DNA from: Candidatus Hydrogenedentota bacterium
Lineage (GTDB): Bacteria; Hydrogenedentota; Hydrogenedentia; Hydrogenedentales; JAEUWI01
Reading direction: 5' to 3'
DNA: 64,000 nucleotides
Assembly: GCA_034669905.1 (NCBI GenBank)
Contig: JAXMOL010000013.1
Coordinates: 32,001-96,000 of the forward strand
The notes below the pieces were generated by a model. That model ran no database searches. It was not told the DNA's origin and saw only the letters and a list, made by a program, of their open reading frames with translations. Shown in pieces: positions 38,173 to 48,713 of the stretch. Both the position numbers and the translations under genes were made by a program. Numbering within the stretch: position 1 is the first letter of the stretch; every line of letters starts with the position of its first letter.

Positions 38173-39498
38173 ATGAGACGAATTGTATGGGGTGGCATCG
38201 CCGTCGTAATCATTGGCGTGGTCTTGCTTTCGCTCCGGCCCCAGGCCGTGTTGGTCGAGATGGGTACGCCTGAGCGGCGGACCGTCACCAACTACATCGC
38301 CGAGGAAGCCAAGACCCGGCTGCGAGATGAATACGTTATCGACGTGCCCCTGTCTGGCACGGTGGAGCGCATTGCCCTGGAGGTGGGCGACATGGTGGCA
38401 GCGGGGGATATTCTGGCGTACATCGACGCCTTCGACCTGGAGCAGCAGATCCGGGGGGTAGAATTCCTCATTCGCCAGAGTCGGGCCCAGATTGTGGGGG
38501 TGGACAGTGGCAAGCCCAAGAATCAGGACATCGACTCCGCCGCCGTTCGTGCCCGGGAAATGCGCGACGCCCTCCGCATCGCGGAGAAAGAACATACCAT
38601 CGCTACCATCGACTATGAGCAGGCCAAGCGCGATTTCGAACGGGCCAAACGCCTCGTGGAAGAAGGGGTGGCCAGTCAGTCCGACCTGGACGACGCGGAG
38701 CGGGCCTATAAGGGCCTGGCCCAGCAGGTGGAGCGCACCCAGTTGTCCGTGTCAGCCGCGCGCAAGGGGTTGGAGATTTCGGAGTTGGCGTCCAGTCGGG
38801 TGGTGGATTCCATGGATGACAACGAATATTTGCGCGAGGTCTATAAGGCGGAGATCGAGCAACTGGAGTCTCAGCTCGCGGTGCTGAAGAGCGACCTAGA
38901 GAAAACGATTATCCGGTCGCCCGTGGCCGGACCCATCCTCGAGAAGTATGTGGACAACACCCGTGTTCTTGCGGCCGGGACGCCCATCCTCAAGGTCGGT
39001 GACCTGAGCACCATGGAAATTGAAAGCGATGTCTTGTCGGAGGAGGTGGTGGGCATTACGGTGGGCGATTCGGTGGAGTTGATTGGCAAAGCCCTGGGCG
39101 ATGCGGAAGTGTACGGCACGGTAGACCGAATCTATCCCGCGGCCTTCCAGAAGATTTCCTCTCTGGGTATCGAACAACAGCGTGTCAAGACCATCATCGC
39201 CTTCGACAACAGCGAACTCGGCCTCCGGGCGGGCACGCGTCTCGATGTGCGTATCATCACCGACCAGTCGGACGATGCGGTGGCCGTTCCTGAGCGCTCC
39301 GTCTTTCGCCGCGATGGCGCGTGGTATGTCTTCGTGGTGGAGGGGGGCGAAGCGGTGCTGCGGCCCGTGACCCTGGGGATTAAGAACGACACCTGGGCGG
39401 AGATCACCGACGGGTTGACGGTGGAGGAGACGATTATTCTCGAGCCCAAAAATGACCTGGAACCCGGGCAGCGGGTGGTGAGGAAGGGGAAAAAGTGA
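38173..39498 (+). CDS. Efflux membrane-fusion (periplasmic adaptor) protein
   Basis: N-terminal TM helix; PLSGTV...VGD; coiled coil; IRSPVAG; VPERSVF; AEITDGL. Confidence 0.9.
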   Translation: MRRIVWGGIAVVIIGVVLLSLRPQAVLVEMGTPERRTVTNYIAEEAKTRLRDEYVIDVPLSGTVERIALEVGDMVAAGDILAYIDAFDLEQQIRGVEFLIRQSRAQIVGVDSGKPKNQDIDSAAVRAREMRDALRIAEKEHTIATIDYEQAKRDFERAKRLVEEGVASQSDLDDAERAYKGLAQQVERTQLSVSAARKGLEISELASSRVVDSMDDNEYLREVYKAEIEQLESQLAVLKSDLEKTIIRSPVAGPILEKYVDNTRVLAAGTPILKVGDLSTMEIESDVLSEEVVGITVGDSVELIGKALGDAEVYGTVDRIYPAAFQKISSLGIEQQRVKTIIAFDNSELGLRAGTRLDVRIITDQSDDAVAVPERSVFRRDGAWYVFVVEGGEAVLRPVTLGIKNDTWAEITDGLTVEETIILEPKNDLEPGQRVVRKGKK

Positions 39499-39566
39499 AT
39501 TTTGAATTTAGAATAGTGAATTGGGGACCGTTTTCATTTCAATCGCATCGTTTCGAGGACAATGTG

Positions 39567-39728
39567 GGGTGCCACCCTCAAACGGCGGAGCGCAGCGGGG
39601 GAAGTTTGTGGGTGTGTCGGATACCGAAACGCTGCGCCTGAAATGACCATGTGCGTTGACTCTGTTTTCGTAGAGTTTTTTCACCCTCAAGCGTTGCGGC
39701 GGAGCCGCCGCGCTTGAGGGTGGCACCC
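39567..39728. repeat. REP/REPIN-like element with 15-bp inverted ends
   Basis: gggtgccaccctcaa (39567-39581) and ttgagggtggcaccc (39714-39728); internal hairpin caccctcaagcg / cgcttgagggtg. Confidence 0.6.
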
Positions 39729-40172
39729 GTAGTTTTTCCCTTAAGCGTGCTGTCCCCCTCTCCATAGAAGACGTTTCTCGAAAACATAGCGACACCGCGT
39801 TGGGGGAGAGCACCTCTATCACACCCGAGACGCTCTCTTAACGGTATTCCCCGTGCCACGCGATGCCGAGTTCCGCGAGGCTTCGTGTGCATGGAGCCCT
39901 GTTGGTGCGGGGCCATAGCGAATGATTCAGTTCGGGCGTCCTGCTGTTTTCGTCAAATCGGCCTCCCGCATTCAAGGTGGGGAGGGGGACGGCCCCGACG
40001 TCTGAGTGTGCTTCGCATTCCAACGCCTTAACCCTCGCCCACGCGTCGCTGTTTCAATTTTCGGGTTGCCTACGTCGGTGCGGTCCCCGCTATTCGCGTG
40101 AAATTGTGTCATCGTGCTATGCTGCACGGCGTTGAAATGAAACTATGGTTGCATGTAAGGAGTACCAAGACC

Positions 40173-40871
40173 ATGAAAACATGTTGGGGCATCGCCGCCG
40201 CACTCACCTTGCTGGCCGGACTGGCCGTTGCGGACGAAGAAAAACCGTCGCCCTCCCTCAAGTGGGAAGAGACCATTCAGGGCTTTGAAAAACAAGACGC
40301 CGCCACGCCGGTGGCTCCCGGGGGCATTCTCTTTCTCGGAAGTTCGAGCATTCGCATGTGGGACCTGGAAAAATGGTTTCCGGGAATGTTCGCCCTTAAC
40401 CGGGGCTTTGGTGGCTCGGAAATTGCCGACTCCCTCTACTACTTCGACCGCCTTGTCGTGCCCTACGCCCCGAAGGCCATCGTCTTCTATGCCGGCGACA
40501 ACGACGTGGCCCGGGGCAAGACCGCCGAGCAGGTGACGAACGATTACAAGGCCTTCGCGGCAAAGGTCCATGAAGCCCTGCCCGAAGCGAAGCTCATCTT
40601 CGTACCCATTAAGCCGAGCACGGCCCGGTGGCGCCTCTACCCCGAAATGAAAAAGGCCAACGACGCCATCAAGGCCCTCACCGAAATGGACGAACGGGAA
40701 GTTTTCCTGGAAATCGAGGCCCACATGCTCGACGACAAGGGCAAGCCGAAGAAGGACCTGCTCCTGGAAGACGGCCTCCACATGACCGACGGCGGCTATC
40801 AGATCTGGACCGACCTGGTGAAACCCCAGTTGGAGGCACTGCTGGCGCCGAAGGCGGCGGTGGTAGAATAG
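40173..40871 (+). CDS. Secreted SGNH/GDSL hydrolase
   Basis: FLGSSSI, NRGFGGS, YAGDND, DGLH; signal peptide. Confidence 0.92.
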   Translation: MKTCWGIAAALTLLAGLAVADEEKPSPSLKWEETIQGFEKQDAATPVAPGGILFLGSSSIRMWDLEKWFPGMFALNRGFGGSEIADSLYYFDRLVVPYAPKAIVFYAGDNDVARGKTAEQVTNDYKAFAAKVHEALPEAKLIFVPIKPSTARWRLYPEMKKANDAIKALTEMDEREVFLEIEAHMLDDKGKPKKDLLLEDGLHMTDGGYQIWTDLVKPQLEALLAPKAAVVE

Positions 40872-41123
40872 TGAATTTTGAATGTAGCATTGTGAATTAA
40901 ATCGGATATGACGGCCTCCGGTGACGCAGGCCGTTTCCCTTGGAGTGCGGCAGCTTCCTGCCGCTTTTCGAAGGGCAGCTTGCTCCCCCCATCGCCCGAG
41001 AAACTCGGAACTTGAAGCTCTGTACTATGGTTGCAAACAAACGGGTCTTCCAGTAGAATTAACGATAGCGTCATGAATCCAAGAGCGTTACCGGTGCGGC
41101 AATAACATCTGGGGGGAACGACC

Positions 41124-42254
41124 ATGAAAAGCCGGAGTATATACGTACAATTCTTGACCATCGCGATTGCGGTCCTCATGCTGGCGGGCTGCGATCCGCC
41201 CTGCACCGACACCGGGCTTCCTGGCGCCTGGCAACAGGATTTCGATTTTGAGTATGGATCGGGAACCTCGATTCTTCACACACAGGATGGTGGCTACCTG
41301 ATCGTTGGTGGCGGGGGCAGTCCCCATGGCCCGATGTCGCCAGAATTGGTGAGGACCGATTCCGCTGGACAGGAAATATGGTCCAGCTTTTCCTCAACGC
41401 CCATCTTTCCCGAATCGGCGGCAGAGATGGACGATGGCTCATTCGTCCTGGTGGGATTCTCCAAAGGGCAGGGGAATATGGTTCGTTTGGATGCGGATGG
41501 TACGGTGATTTGGACGCGGCTACTTGGGGAAAGCGGACAGCCCCTGCCGTTGCCGAGCCGATTGGTTTCTACGTCGGACGGGAACCTGGCGGCGGTCTCC
41601 CAGGGTCACTTCTCCTTAGAGAATCGCATCACGGTCGTGAAATTTGATGCCGAGGCCGCCACTGTCTGGACCTCCGCAATGGAAGTCGCGGCCAATGACT
41701 TTGTGCGCGGCCTGGTGCGGACGGAAGACGGTGGCGTTACCCTATTGACCGATACCTTCATGCGACGACTGGATGGTGATGGAGCCACGGTGTGGAACAT
41801 CACGCTACCGCTGGACCTGGCCGGTAGTGAGCATCTTGTCGCGACCAACGACGATGGCGTCGTGGTTCTGGGCGACGATAGAATCGCCCGTTTCGACGTG
41901 GATGGGGACGAACTATGGAACAAGGTTTTTGCCTCGGAAACGGGCAAAGAGCCCATCGACATCAGCGGGACGCCCGACGGGGGCTTCGTCGTGGGTTCGT
42001 CGACCTACTCCTATGCGGAAAACTCCTTCTACTTTCCGCGAAGCTCGTGGTACTGCCAGAATATGGTGCTGACCAAGTTGAACCATGCCGGCAACGTCGA
42101 GTCAGAGCGGGAGTTCAGCACGGACAGCATTAATTTTCTTGTCGACCTCGCGCCAACGTCAGACGGCGGCTACATCATTCTCGGTTCGCGGGGGCGTAGC
42201 TTTTTCAGTTCCTATTCGTATATGTTCTTGATGAAGGTGGAAGGGGAGGAATGA
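41124..42254 (+). CDS. Lipoprotein with T.DGG beta-propeller repeats
   Basis: Lipobox LAGC; repeats TQDGGY, TEDGG, TPDGGF, TSDGGY and D..G...W. Confidence 0.8.
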   Translation: MKSRSIYVQFLTIAIAVLMLAGCDPPCTDTGLPGAWQQDFDFEYGSGTSILHTQDGGYLIVGGGGSPHGPMSPELVRTDSAGQEIWSSFSSTPIFPESAAEMDDGSFVLVGFSKGQGNMVRLDADGTVIWTRLLGESGQPLPLPSRLVSTSDGNLAAVSQGHFSLENRITVVKFDAEAATVWTSAMEVAANDFVRGLVRTEDGGVTLLTDTFMRRLDGDGATVWNITLPLDLAGSEHLVATNDDGVVVLGDDRIARFDVDGDELWNKVFASETGKEPIDISGTPDGGFVVGSSTYSYAENSFYFPRSSWYCQNMVLTKLNHAGNVESEREFSTDSINFLVDLAPTSDGGYIILGSRGRSFFSSYSYMFLMKVEGEE

Positions 42255-42426
42255 GTCGATTTATGGGTCATCTGTCCTTGGGGTGTATCCGCCCTGAATG
42301 CTCTCGCAATTTTGCGTAGCTCTTCTGCGCGCCGCCTGGACGTTTTGGCGGAACGAACGCGTAACTCCGGGCTTGTTTCGCGTCACGCCTGGAGAAGTAC
42401 ATCCTGGTGGCCGAAGGTGTGCCAAA

Positions 42427-42606
42427 GTGGGTTGGCCTTCCAGGCTGACATCAGGACGACGTGATATATCACGTAGCGGGAAGTCGTGAAACCTGCCCCG
42501 TGGCTTTCCAAGGTTCTACCCATGGCGTATCGCCCCAGTGGCTAATTCGGGCGAGCGACATGACAGGTCGCAGACGCGCCGGAGGTGGGCTGAAAGCCTA
42601 TCCCAC
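42427..42606. repeat. REPIN-like element of the GTGGG family
   Basis: gtgggttggccttccaggctgac ... gtgggctgaaagcctatcccac; homologous to 50355-50533. Confidence 0.75.
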
Positions 42607-42691
42607 TATGGCGCGTGTGCGTACGGCCTGGATTGACCTGAACGGAGGAAATGATTCCGATGGGACTCTATCCGTGAGTGGCTTCGTCTCT

Positions 42692-42820
42692 AATCCGCGT
42701 AGCGGATGGTAGAAGTGTGGTGCAGACTCCATCTACCATCCGCTTCGCGGATTCAATTGTATGGGGCCAGGATTCCTGGGGCTTACGCCCCAGGCTAATG
42801 ACTTTCGCTCCTCCGGAGCT
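42692..42820. repeat. REP-like palindromes
   Basis: aatccgcg.agcggatggtaga / tctaccatccgct.cgcggatt hairpin, then cctggggcttacgccccaggct, which matches a module of the 21.6-kb array. Confidence 0.65.
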
Positions 42821-42909
42821 AAGACGAGGCGTCTATCTGCATGGAATAGAACTATCGACGCCCCTTATTCCTCGCACCTCTGCTACCAAATGCGATACAA
42901 TCGTGCGCT

Positions 42910-44262
42910 ATGAGCACGCCTACCGAACAGATTCTGAGCATTACCCAGTTGACCCGCCGTATCAAGTCCCTTTTGGAGGGCGAGTTGGGGGTGGTGTGGC
43001 TTTCGGGGGAGATTTCCAATTGGAAACGGGCGGCTTCGGGCCATGCCTATTTCACCCTGAAGGACGAAAATGCCCAGATTGACGCGGTCATGTTCAAGGG
43101 GAAGCTGTCGCGGCTGAAATTTGAGCCGGAGATGGGGTTGGAGGTGTTGGCCCAGGGCCAGATATCGGTCTATGAGCGGCGGGGCAATTATCAGATTATC
43201 ATCAACGACATGCAGCCCAAGGGTGTGGGCGCGCTGCAGCTGGCTTTTGAAAAGCTGAAGAAGAAGCTCGCGGCGGAGGGGCTCTTTGACGAGCTCCACA
43301 AGCAGCCCCTGCCCATGCTGCCCAAGCGCATTGGCGTGGTGACGTCGCCCACCGGGGCGGCCATCCGCGACATTTTGAACGTCCTTACCCGCCGATTCGG
43401 CAGTATCCACGTCATCATTCACCCCGCCCGCGTGCAGGGTGATGGAGCCGCCGCCGAGATTGTGGCCGGTATCCGCGCCCTGGATGACTGGGGCGTGGAC
43501 GTCATGATTGTGGGCCGGGGTGGTGGTTCGCTGGAGGACCTCTGGCCCTTCAACGAGGAAATCGTGGTCCGGGCGATCTATGAGGCGCGGACGCCCATTA
43601 TTTCGGCCGTGGGACACGAAGTGGACTTTTCGCTGAGTGACTTCGTCGCCGATTTACGGGCACCCACGCCGTCCGCCGCTGCCGAGCTGGTGGTGAAAGA
43701 GCAGGCGGCCCTGGGTGAACAGGTTGAACGCCTCCGCACCCGCCTGGGCCAGGGGCTGGAGCGCCATCTCACCACGGTGCGGCACCGCCTCCGACTGGCC
43801 CAGGGGAGCTTTGTCTTTCAGCGTCCCGAGGAACTGGTGCGCCAGCGTCGCCAGACGAGTGACGAATACCGCATGCGCCTCGAAGACGGCATGGGGGATC
43901 AGCTACATGAGGCCCGCACCCGGCTGGACCGGGCGGTGCGCGCCATGGCCTTACTTTCGCCTACCAACCAACTGGACCGCACGAAGGAGCGCTTTGCACG
44001 CCTGCAGCAGCGCCTCCACGCGGCGGGCCAGGATGTGGCCGAGGATCAGCGCAATCGCTTGCGTCCCCTCGTTGCCCAGCTCGACGCCTTCAGTCCCCTG
44101 GCGATTTTATCGCGGGGCTATGCCGTGGGTTGGAAAGAACCCGAGCACACCCTGATTCGCACGAGCGGGGACGTGCAGGTAAACGATAAAGTCTATGTAC
44201 GATTCGGAACGGGCGCGATTCGCGCTACCGTCGACCATATTGAGGAAAAAGTAGATGGCTAA
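42910..44262 (+). CDS. xseA: Exodeoxyribonuclease VII large subunit
   Basis: [60 protein letters not shown]. Confidence 0.97.
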   Translation: MSTPTEQILSITQLTRRIKSLLEGELGVVWLSGEISNWKRAASGHAYFTLKDENAQIDAVMFKGKLSRLKFEPEMGLEVLAQGQISVYERRGNYQIIINDMQPKGVGALQLAFEKLKKKLAAEGLFDELHKQPLPMLPKRIGVVTSPTGAAIRDILNVLTRRFGSIHVIIHPARVQGDGAAAEIVAGIRALDDWGVDVMIVGRGGGSLEDLWPFNEEIVVRAIYEARTPIISAVGHEVDFSLSDFVADLRAPTPSAAAELVVKEQAALGEQVERLRTRLGQGLERHLTTVRHRLRLAQGSFVFQRPEELVRQRRQTSDEYRMRLEDGMGDQLHEARTRLDRAVRAMALLSPTNQLDRTKERFARLQQRLHAAGQDVAEDQRNRLRPLVAQLDAFSPLAILSRGYAVGWKEPEHTLIRTSGDVQVNDKVYVRFGTGAIRATVDHIEEKVDG

Positions 44263-44650
44263 AGCCAAAGAAGAAACGAGTTTTGAGAAGAATCTGGAAT
44301 CCTTGGAGTCCATCGTTTCGGCGTTGGAAGAAGGGGGCCTTTCCCTCGATGATGCCCTGAAGCAGTTCGAGTCGGGTATCAAGCTGGCCCGCCGCTGTGA
44401 AAAGGCCTTGAGCGAAGCCGAGAAAAAGATCGAGATCCTCACGCAGAACGCGGAAGGGGAGTTGGAAGCCGAGCCCTTCGACGAGTCTGACCCGCCTGCG
44501 GCTCCGGCGGCCAAACCCGCTCCGGCGTCCAAGGCACCGGCCAAGGCGGCAGCCAAGAGCGCGGCCCCCGCGCCGACCAAGGCGGCTCCCGCGGCCTCGG
44601 AAGAGCCCGAGCCCATGCCGGAGCCGGACGACGAGGATTTGTTGTTCTAA
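44255..44650 (+). CDS. xseB: Exodeoxyribonuclease VII small subunit with long low-complexity C-tail
   Basis: [27 protein letters not shown]; overlaps xseA. Confidence 0.93.
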   Translation: MAKAKEETSFEKNLESLESIVSALEEGGLSLDDALKQFESGIKLARRCEKALSEAEKKIEILTQNAEGELEAEPFDESDPPAAPAAKPAPASKAPAKAAAKSAAPAPTKAAPAASEEPEPMPEPDDEDLLF

Positions 44651-45513
44651 TGACCTGTGCCGAATTCTTAAAGGCCAAGGCGGCGACCACCGAGACGGCC
44701 CTCCAGGGTTATCTTGCCAGCTGGACGAATGTGCCGGAGTCCTTACAGGAAGCCATTGCCTACAGCCTGTTTGCAGGCGGTAAACGGCTCCGCCCCGCGT
44801 TGGCCCTCGGTGCGGCAGAATTGGTGTGTGGCGATGAGAAAGCGGCCCTGCCCGTGGCCTGTGCCCTGGAAATGATCCACACCTATTCCCTGATTCACGA
44901 TGATTTACCCGCCATGGACAACGACGACCTGCGGCGGGGCAAGCCCACTTGCCACAAGGCCTTCGACGAGTCGACGGCCATCCTCGCGGGTGACGGCCTG
45001 CTGACCATGGCCTTCGATATGGCGGCGGAGACCGGTTCTACGGCCATCGTCAAGGAAATCGCCCGTGCGGCCGGTGTGGCCGGCATGGTGGGCGGGCAGC
45101 AATATGACCTGGAGGGCGAGGGCAAACAACTCGACATGGCCCAGCTCCAGCGCATCCACCGCGCGAAGACCGGCGCCCTCATTCGGGTGGCCCTCCGCGC
45201 CGGAGCCATGGCGGCCGACGCCACGGAAGCCCAGGTGGAGGCCCTGACGGTCTACGGCGAACATCTTGGGTTGGCCTTTCAAATCACCGACGATATCCTC
45301 GACGTGGTCGGCACGGAAGCCGCCTTGGGTAAGCCCATCGGGAGCGACGCCTCCCGCGATAAATCGACCTACCCCGCGCTGGTGGGGCTCGATGAGTCCA
45401 AACGCCTCGCCGAGGAGGCCGTGGCCTCGGCCATTGAAGCCCTGGCATCCTTTGGCACGGCGGCCGACCCATTCCGCGATTTGGCCAACTACCTGATAAC
45501 CCGAGAGACCTGA
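44650..45513 (+). CDS. ispA: Farnesyl/geranylgeranyl diphosphate synthase
   Basis: GGKRLRP, HDDLPAMD...RRGKPT, KT, FQITDDILD, KSTYP; TAATG coupling to xseB. Confidence 0.93.
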   Translation: MTCAEFLKAKAATTETALQGYLASWTNVPESLQEAIAYSLFAGGKRLRPALALGAAELVCGDEKAALPVACALEMIHTYSLIHDDLPAMDNDDLRRGKPTCHKAFDESTAILAGDGLLTMAFDMAAETGSTAIVKEIARAAGVAGMVGGQQYDLEGEGKQLDMAQLQRIHRAKTGALIRVALRAGAMAADATEAQVEALTVYGEHLGLAFQITDDILDVVGTEAALGKPIGSDASRDKSTYPALVGLDESKRLAEEAVASAIEALASFGTAADPFRDLANYLITRET

Positions 45514-45552
45514 GCGCCGGAGTGACGGGGCAATGATAAAGGACCTGCTGTT

Positions 45553-48456
45553 ATGTGGTTAGTTTCCTCTCTCCTGGCCCTGAGTGCCCTGGCCCTGACG
45601 CCCACACCGAAGGATCTGTCCGTTAACGAGGACGACACCTTCTACCTGCGGGGCGACACCATGGTGGTCCTTCCCGATGTGTTCGTGAATCAGCGGGACA
45701 CCTTGCTCGCCCCCCTCGCGCCCGCACTGGGAGGGAATCCCCAGGTCGCGCCCGCATCCCGGTTGGACAAGGTGCCCAAGGCCGTCTACCTGGCGACGGT
45801 GGCCCATCGGGGTGCCCTGGAAAAACGGAAGCTTCGCCGCTACTACACCGATAGTGACACCCTGCCCCCCGCGGGTTACCGGATTACGGTGGACAAACTG
45901 GGCGTTGTCCTCGTGGCGGCCGACGAAGCCGGGCTGGCCTATGGGGTCCACGCCCTCGCGGGGCTGGTGGCGGAGTATGGGGCCAATTTACCCTACCTCG
46001 ACCTGCGGGACTGGCCGACCCTGGCCGTGCGGGGTGTCTACCTGCGCCATGTGCCCACCCCCCTGGAAGTGGAGCAGCTGGCTGCTCTTCGAACGACCCA
46101 CGTCTTTGTGGAAAGCGACGACTTCTACGACCTGACGGGGGTTCGCGCCGAGACCTGGCAGCGGGCTTTTGACGCCCTGCGGGACGCGCGAATGGAACCC
46201 ATCCCGGTATTTTCCACCCTGGATGGCATGGAGGAAATCCTCCGCGAATACCCCATGCTCATCGAAGGCCGCGCCATTTCGGAAGCCATCGCGCTGAATG
46301 GTGTGGATGCCCGGCAACTGGGCTATCCCAACATCATCGCCGCCTCGTCCGATGACATTGAGGTGACTATCAGCGGGGTGCCCTGCACGATGGGCGAAGA
46401 TTATTGGCTCGAAGGCCCGGCCATTCAGGCGCCCTTTCATCCCGATGGGCCCCGGTGGCGCATCTGGCGCGAGCTGGAGGGCAAGATCCCCAACGGTGGC
46501 ACGGTGACAGTCCGCTACAGCATCGCAACCGCTGACTCTTCTTCCCTGGCCTTCGCCGATCCCCAGGCGCTGCGCTGGCTGGAAGAACGGCTCGCGCAGG
46601 TGATTACGGTCTTGGAGCCCCGCTATCTTCATCTGGACCATGGGCACATCGGGCGCTTCAATACGGACATCCGTTCGTTAACCGCCGGCCTCAGCAATCC
46701 GGAGCGCTTCGTGCAGACGGTATCCGTCCTCGAGACCGCGGTACGTGCCGTAGACGATGGTGTGTCCCTCATGATGTGGGCGGACCTGCTTAATCCTGCC
46801 CAGGCCGCCAGCACCTATGGGCTCGAGGGTGTCGCAGACCGGGTTCCGGCTGGGATTCAGGTTCTGGGCCGGGTTCAATTAGAGACGACGGCCGAGGCCA
46901 AGGCCCGATTGAATCAACTGACGGGGGTGATCGCAATGCCTGCGGTAATCGCGGCCGCAGGCACGCCGGAGAGCATTCACGCGCTGGTGCAGGCCCTGGA
47001 AGATGGGGAAGGGCGTGATGGCGGGCTCGTAGCCTATGGGGAGTCCATGGATTCGGCGACCCAATTGCTCGCCATGGCGTGGTCGGGCACGGACCGGAAG
47101 AACAGTTGGCTTCGGTGGCTCAACGACTATTTTGGGGTTGACCTGGCCGAACCCGATGGCGCGGCGGTCCAATCGGCCCTGGTGACCTATTTGAATCGCC
47201 AGACCCTGGCGGGGCATTCACCCGAAGAAGTGTATGCGGGCTACGCCGAATTCCTGGGGCGCAACCGGGCCTTTCTCGAAGCCGACGAAACGACCGCCTT
47301 TCTGGTCCGTGACCGCCTGCGTATCTTGACCGACTATCTCGACCTGGAATATGACTTCTCCCGCGAGGGGGGAGACGGCACCTTGCGCAAGCTACAGCGG
47401 CTGGTGGAGCAGGTGCAGTTGATGGATGGTGCCGCGGCTGAGGACCGCTACCAGCGCATTCTGGATACCATCGCCAATCAGGGGCTCTTTGTGCCCGCGT
47501 CGATTTTGTTCCAGGAAGACTTGCGCTACTATCGCCCGGGAGGCTCGGAGCTGCCCCTTATCGAAGTGCCTGTTTTGCCCGGCTACGAAGATGCCCACGG
47601 AAAGGTCGTGTGCCTGTTGACGTTGCTTGACGGACAGGCCCCGGTGCGCCGTATCGACTTCGAAGGCCTCGGTATCAATCAGCTGACCCTCGATGCCCAT
47701 GGGGTCGGGGGCGCCTTCGACACGGTCGCGCGTTGGGAGGGGAATGGAAAGCAGGCGGAAGTGCGCGGTCCGGTTTGGATAGAGCCGCCCGTGCATGCCG
47801 CAGAACTGCGACTGACGGCCACCGGTGAGCGCGCTCCCCTGGTCCTGCGCGACGTGCGCGTCTTTGGAGAAAAGGCCCCACCCGCCATGGACATTCATTA
47901 CGCGGTCCAGGCACCGCCCATGGTGCCCCGTTTCGAAGGCCGTTCGTGGGCCAAGGTGCCCCAGGGTCACAGCTTCTTATTGCGCGACGCAACGCCCTAT
48001 TTTGCCGAGGCGCCGACCAGCGTTTGGGTGACGCATACGCGGGAAGCGCTGTATTTCGGTATCCAGGCCCGTGAAACCCGGCCGGATACCATTGTGGCCG
48101 ACCTGACCACGCGGGATGCCCCCCTCTGGAAGCAGGAAAGCGTGGAACTCTGGTTTAAACGTCCCGAGCAAGCGCCGATTCGATTGGTGGTCAGCCCCCT
48201 GGGCACCCAATACGACAGTGAAGCCTACGACGGGGGATGGAATGGGGATTGGGACGCGGTGGCCGAACGCAACGATCAGGGCTGGTCCGCCGTCGTGCGG
48301 GTACCCATGGAACTGCTTGGTTCATTTCGGCGGGGTGATAGCCTGGAAATGAACATCGTTCGGCATCGAATGGGTGTCCGTAGCGAGACGAGTGCGTGGG
48401 CCCATGAATATGGCGCCCAGCCCGATCTGCAGTGGGGGATGCTGCGCTTTCCGTAA
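45553..48456 (+). CDS. Secreted multidomain protein: GH20 domain-2-like N-terminus, degenerate barrel, C-terminal CBM9/DOMON-like domain
   Basis: LTPTPK, GYRITV...AGLAYGV, DWPTLAVRG, MMWADLLNP; C-terminal ALYFGI...RD.PLW..ESVE...WSAVVRVP. Confidence 0.7.
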   Translation: MWLVSSLLALSALALTPTPKDLSVNEDDTFYLRGDTMVVLPDVFVNQRDTLLAPLAPALGGNPQVAPASRLDKVPKAVYLATVAHRGALEKRKLRRYYTDSDTLPPAGYRITVDKLGVVLVAADEAGLAYGVHALAGLVAEYGANLPYLDLRDWPTLAVRGVYLRHVPTPLEVEQLAALRTTHVFVESDDFYDLTGVRAETWQRAFDALRDARMEPIPVFSTLDGMEEILREYPMLIEGRAISEAIALNGVDARQLGYPNIIAASSDDIEVTISGVPCTMGEDYWLEGPAIQAPFHPDGPRWRIWRELEGKIPNGGTVTVRYSIATADSSSLAFADPQALRWLEERLAQVITVLEPRYLHLDHGHIGRFNTDIRSLTAGLSNPERFVQTVSVLETAVRAVDDGVSLMMWADLLNPAQAASTYGLEGVADRVPAGIQVLGRVQLETTAEAKARLNQLTGVIAMPAVIAAAGTPESIHALVQALEDGEGRDGGLVAYGESMDSATQLLAMAWSGTDRKNSWLRWLNDYFGVDLAEPDGAAVQSALVTYLNRQTLAGHSPEEVYAGYAEFLGRNRAFLEADETTAFLVRDRLRILTDYLDLEYDFSREGGDGTLRKLQRLVEQVQLMDGAAAEDRYQRILDTIANQGLFVPASILFQEDLRYYRPGGSELPLIEVPVLPGYEDAHGKVVCLLTLLDGQAPVRRIDFEGLGINQLTLDAHGVGGAFDTVARWEGNGKQAEVRGPVWIEPPVHAAELRLTATGERAPLVLRDVRVFGEKAPPAMDIHYAVQAPPMVPRFEGRSWAKVPQGHSFLLRDATPYFAEAPTSVWVTHTREALYFGIQARETRPDTIVADLTTRDAPLWKQESVELWFKRPEQAPIRLVVSPLGTQYDSEAYDGGWNGDWDAVAERNDQGWSAVVRVPMELLGSFRRGDSLEMNIVRHRMGVRSETSAWAHEYGAQPDLQWGMLRFP

Positions 48457-48478
48457 GCGGGTCTGCCGGTGCGCTTAC

Positions 48479-48624
48479 GTGGGATAAGCGTCCCGCTTGT
48501 CATGGCATGTCTTCGAGACCACGGGATAGCGGGATGTTCTTGGAAGACGGAGGTCTCACTCGCCTACGGCCCATGCCCGTGATGGTATCCGTGGGCCCTA
48601 CGTCAGGCGAGACGCCTAACCCAC
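48479..48624. repeat. REPIN-like element of the GTGGG family
   Basis: gtgggataagcgtcccgcttgtc ... gtcaggcgagacgcctaacccac. Confidence 0.7.
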
Positions 48625-48713
48625 TATGGCCGGCCCCGACGTCTGATTGGGCTCCGCCAACCTACGTAGTGCGGTTCGCCCCGCTGTTGTCGTTTCAGAC
48701 CTCAGGCGCTTGG

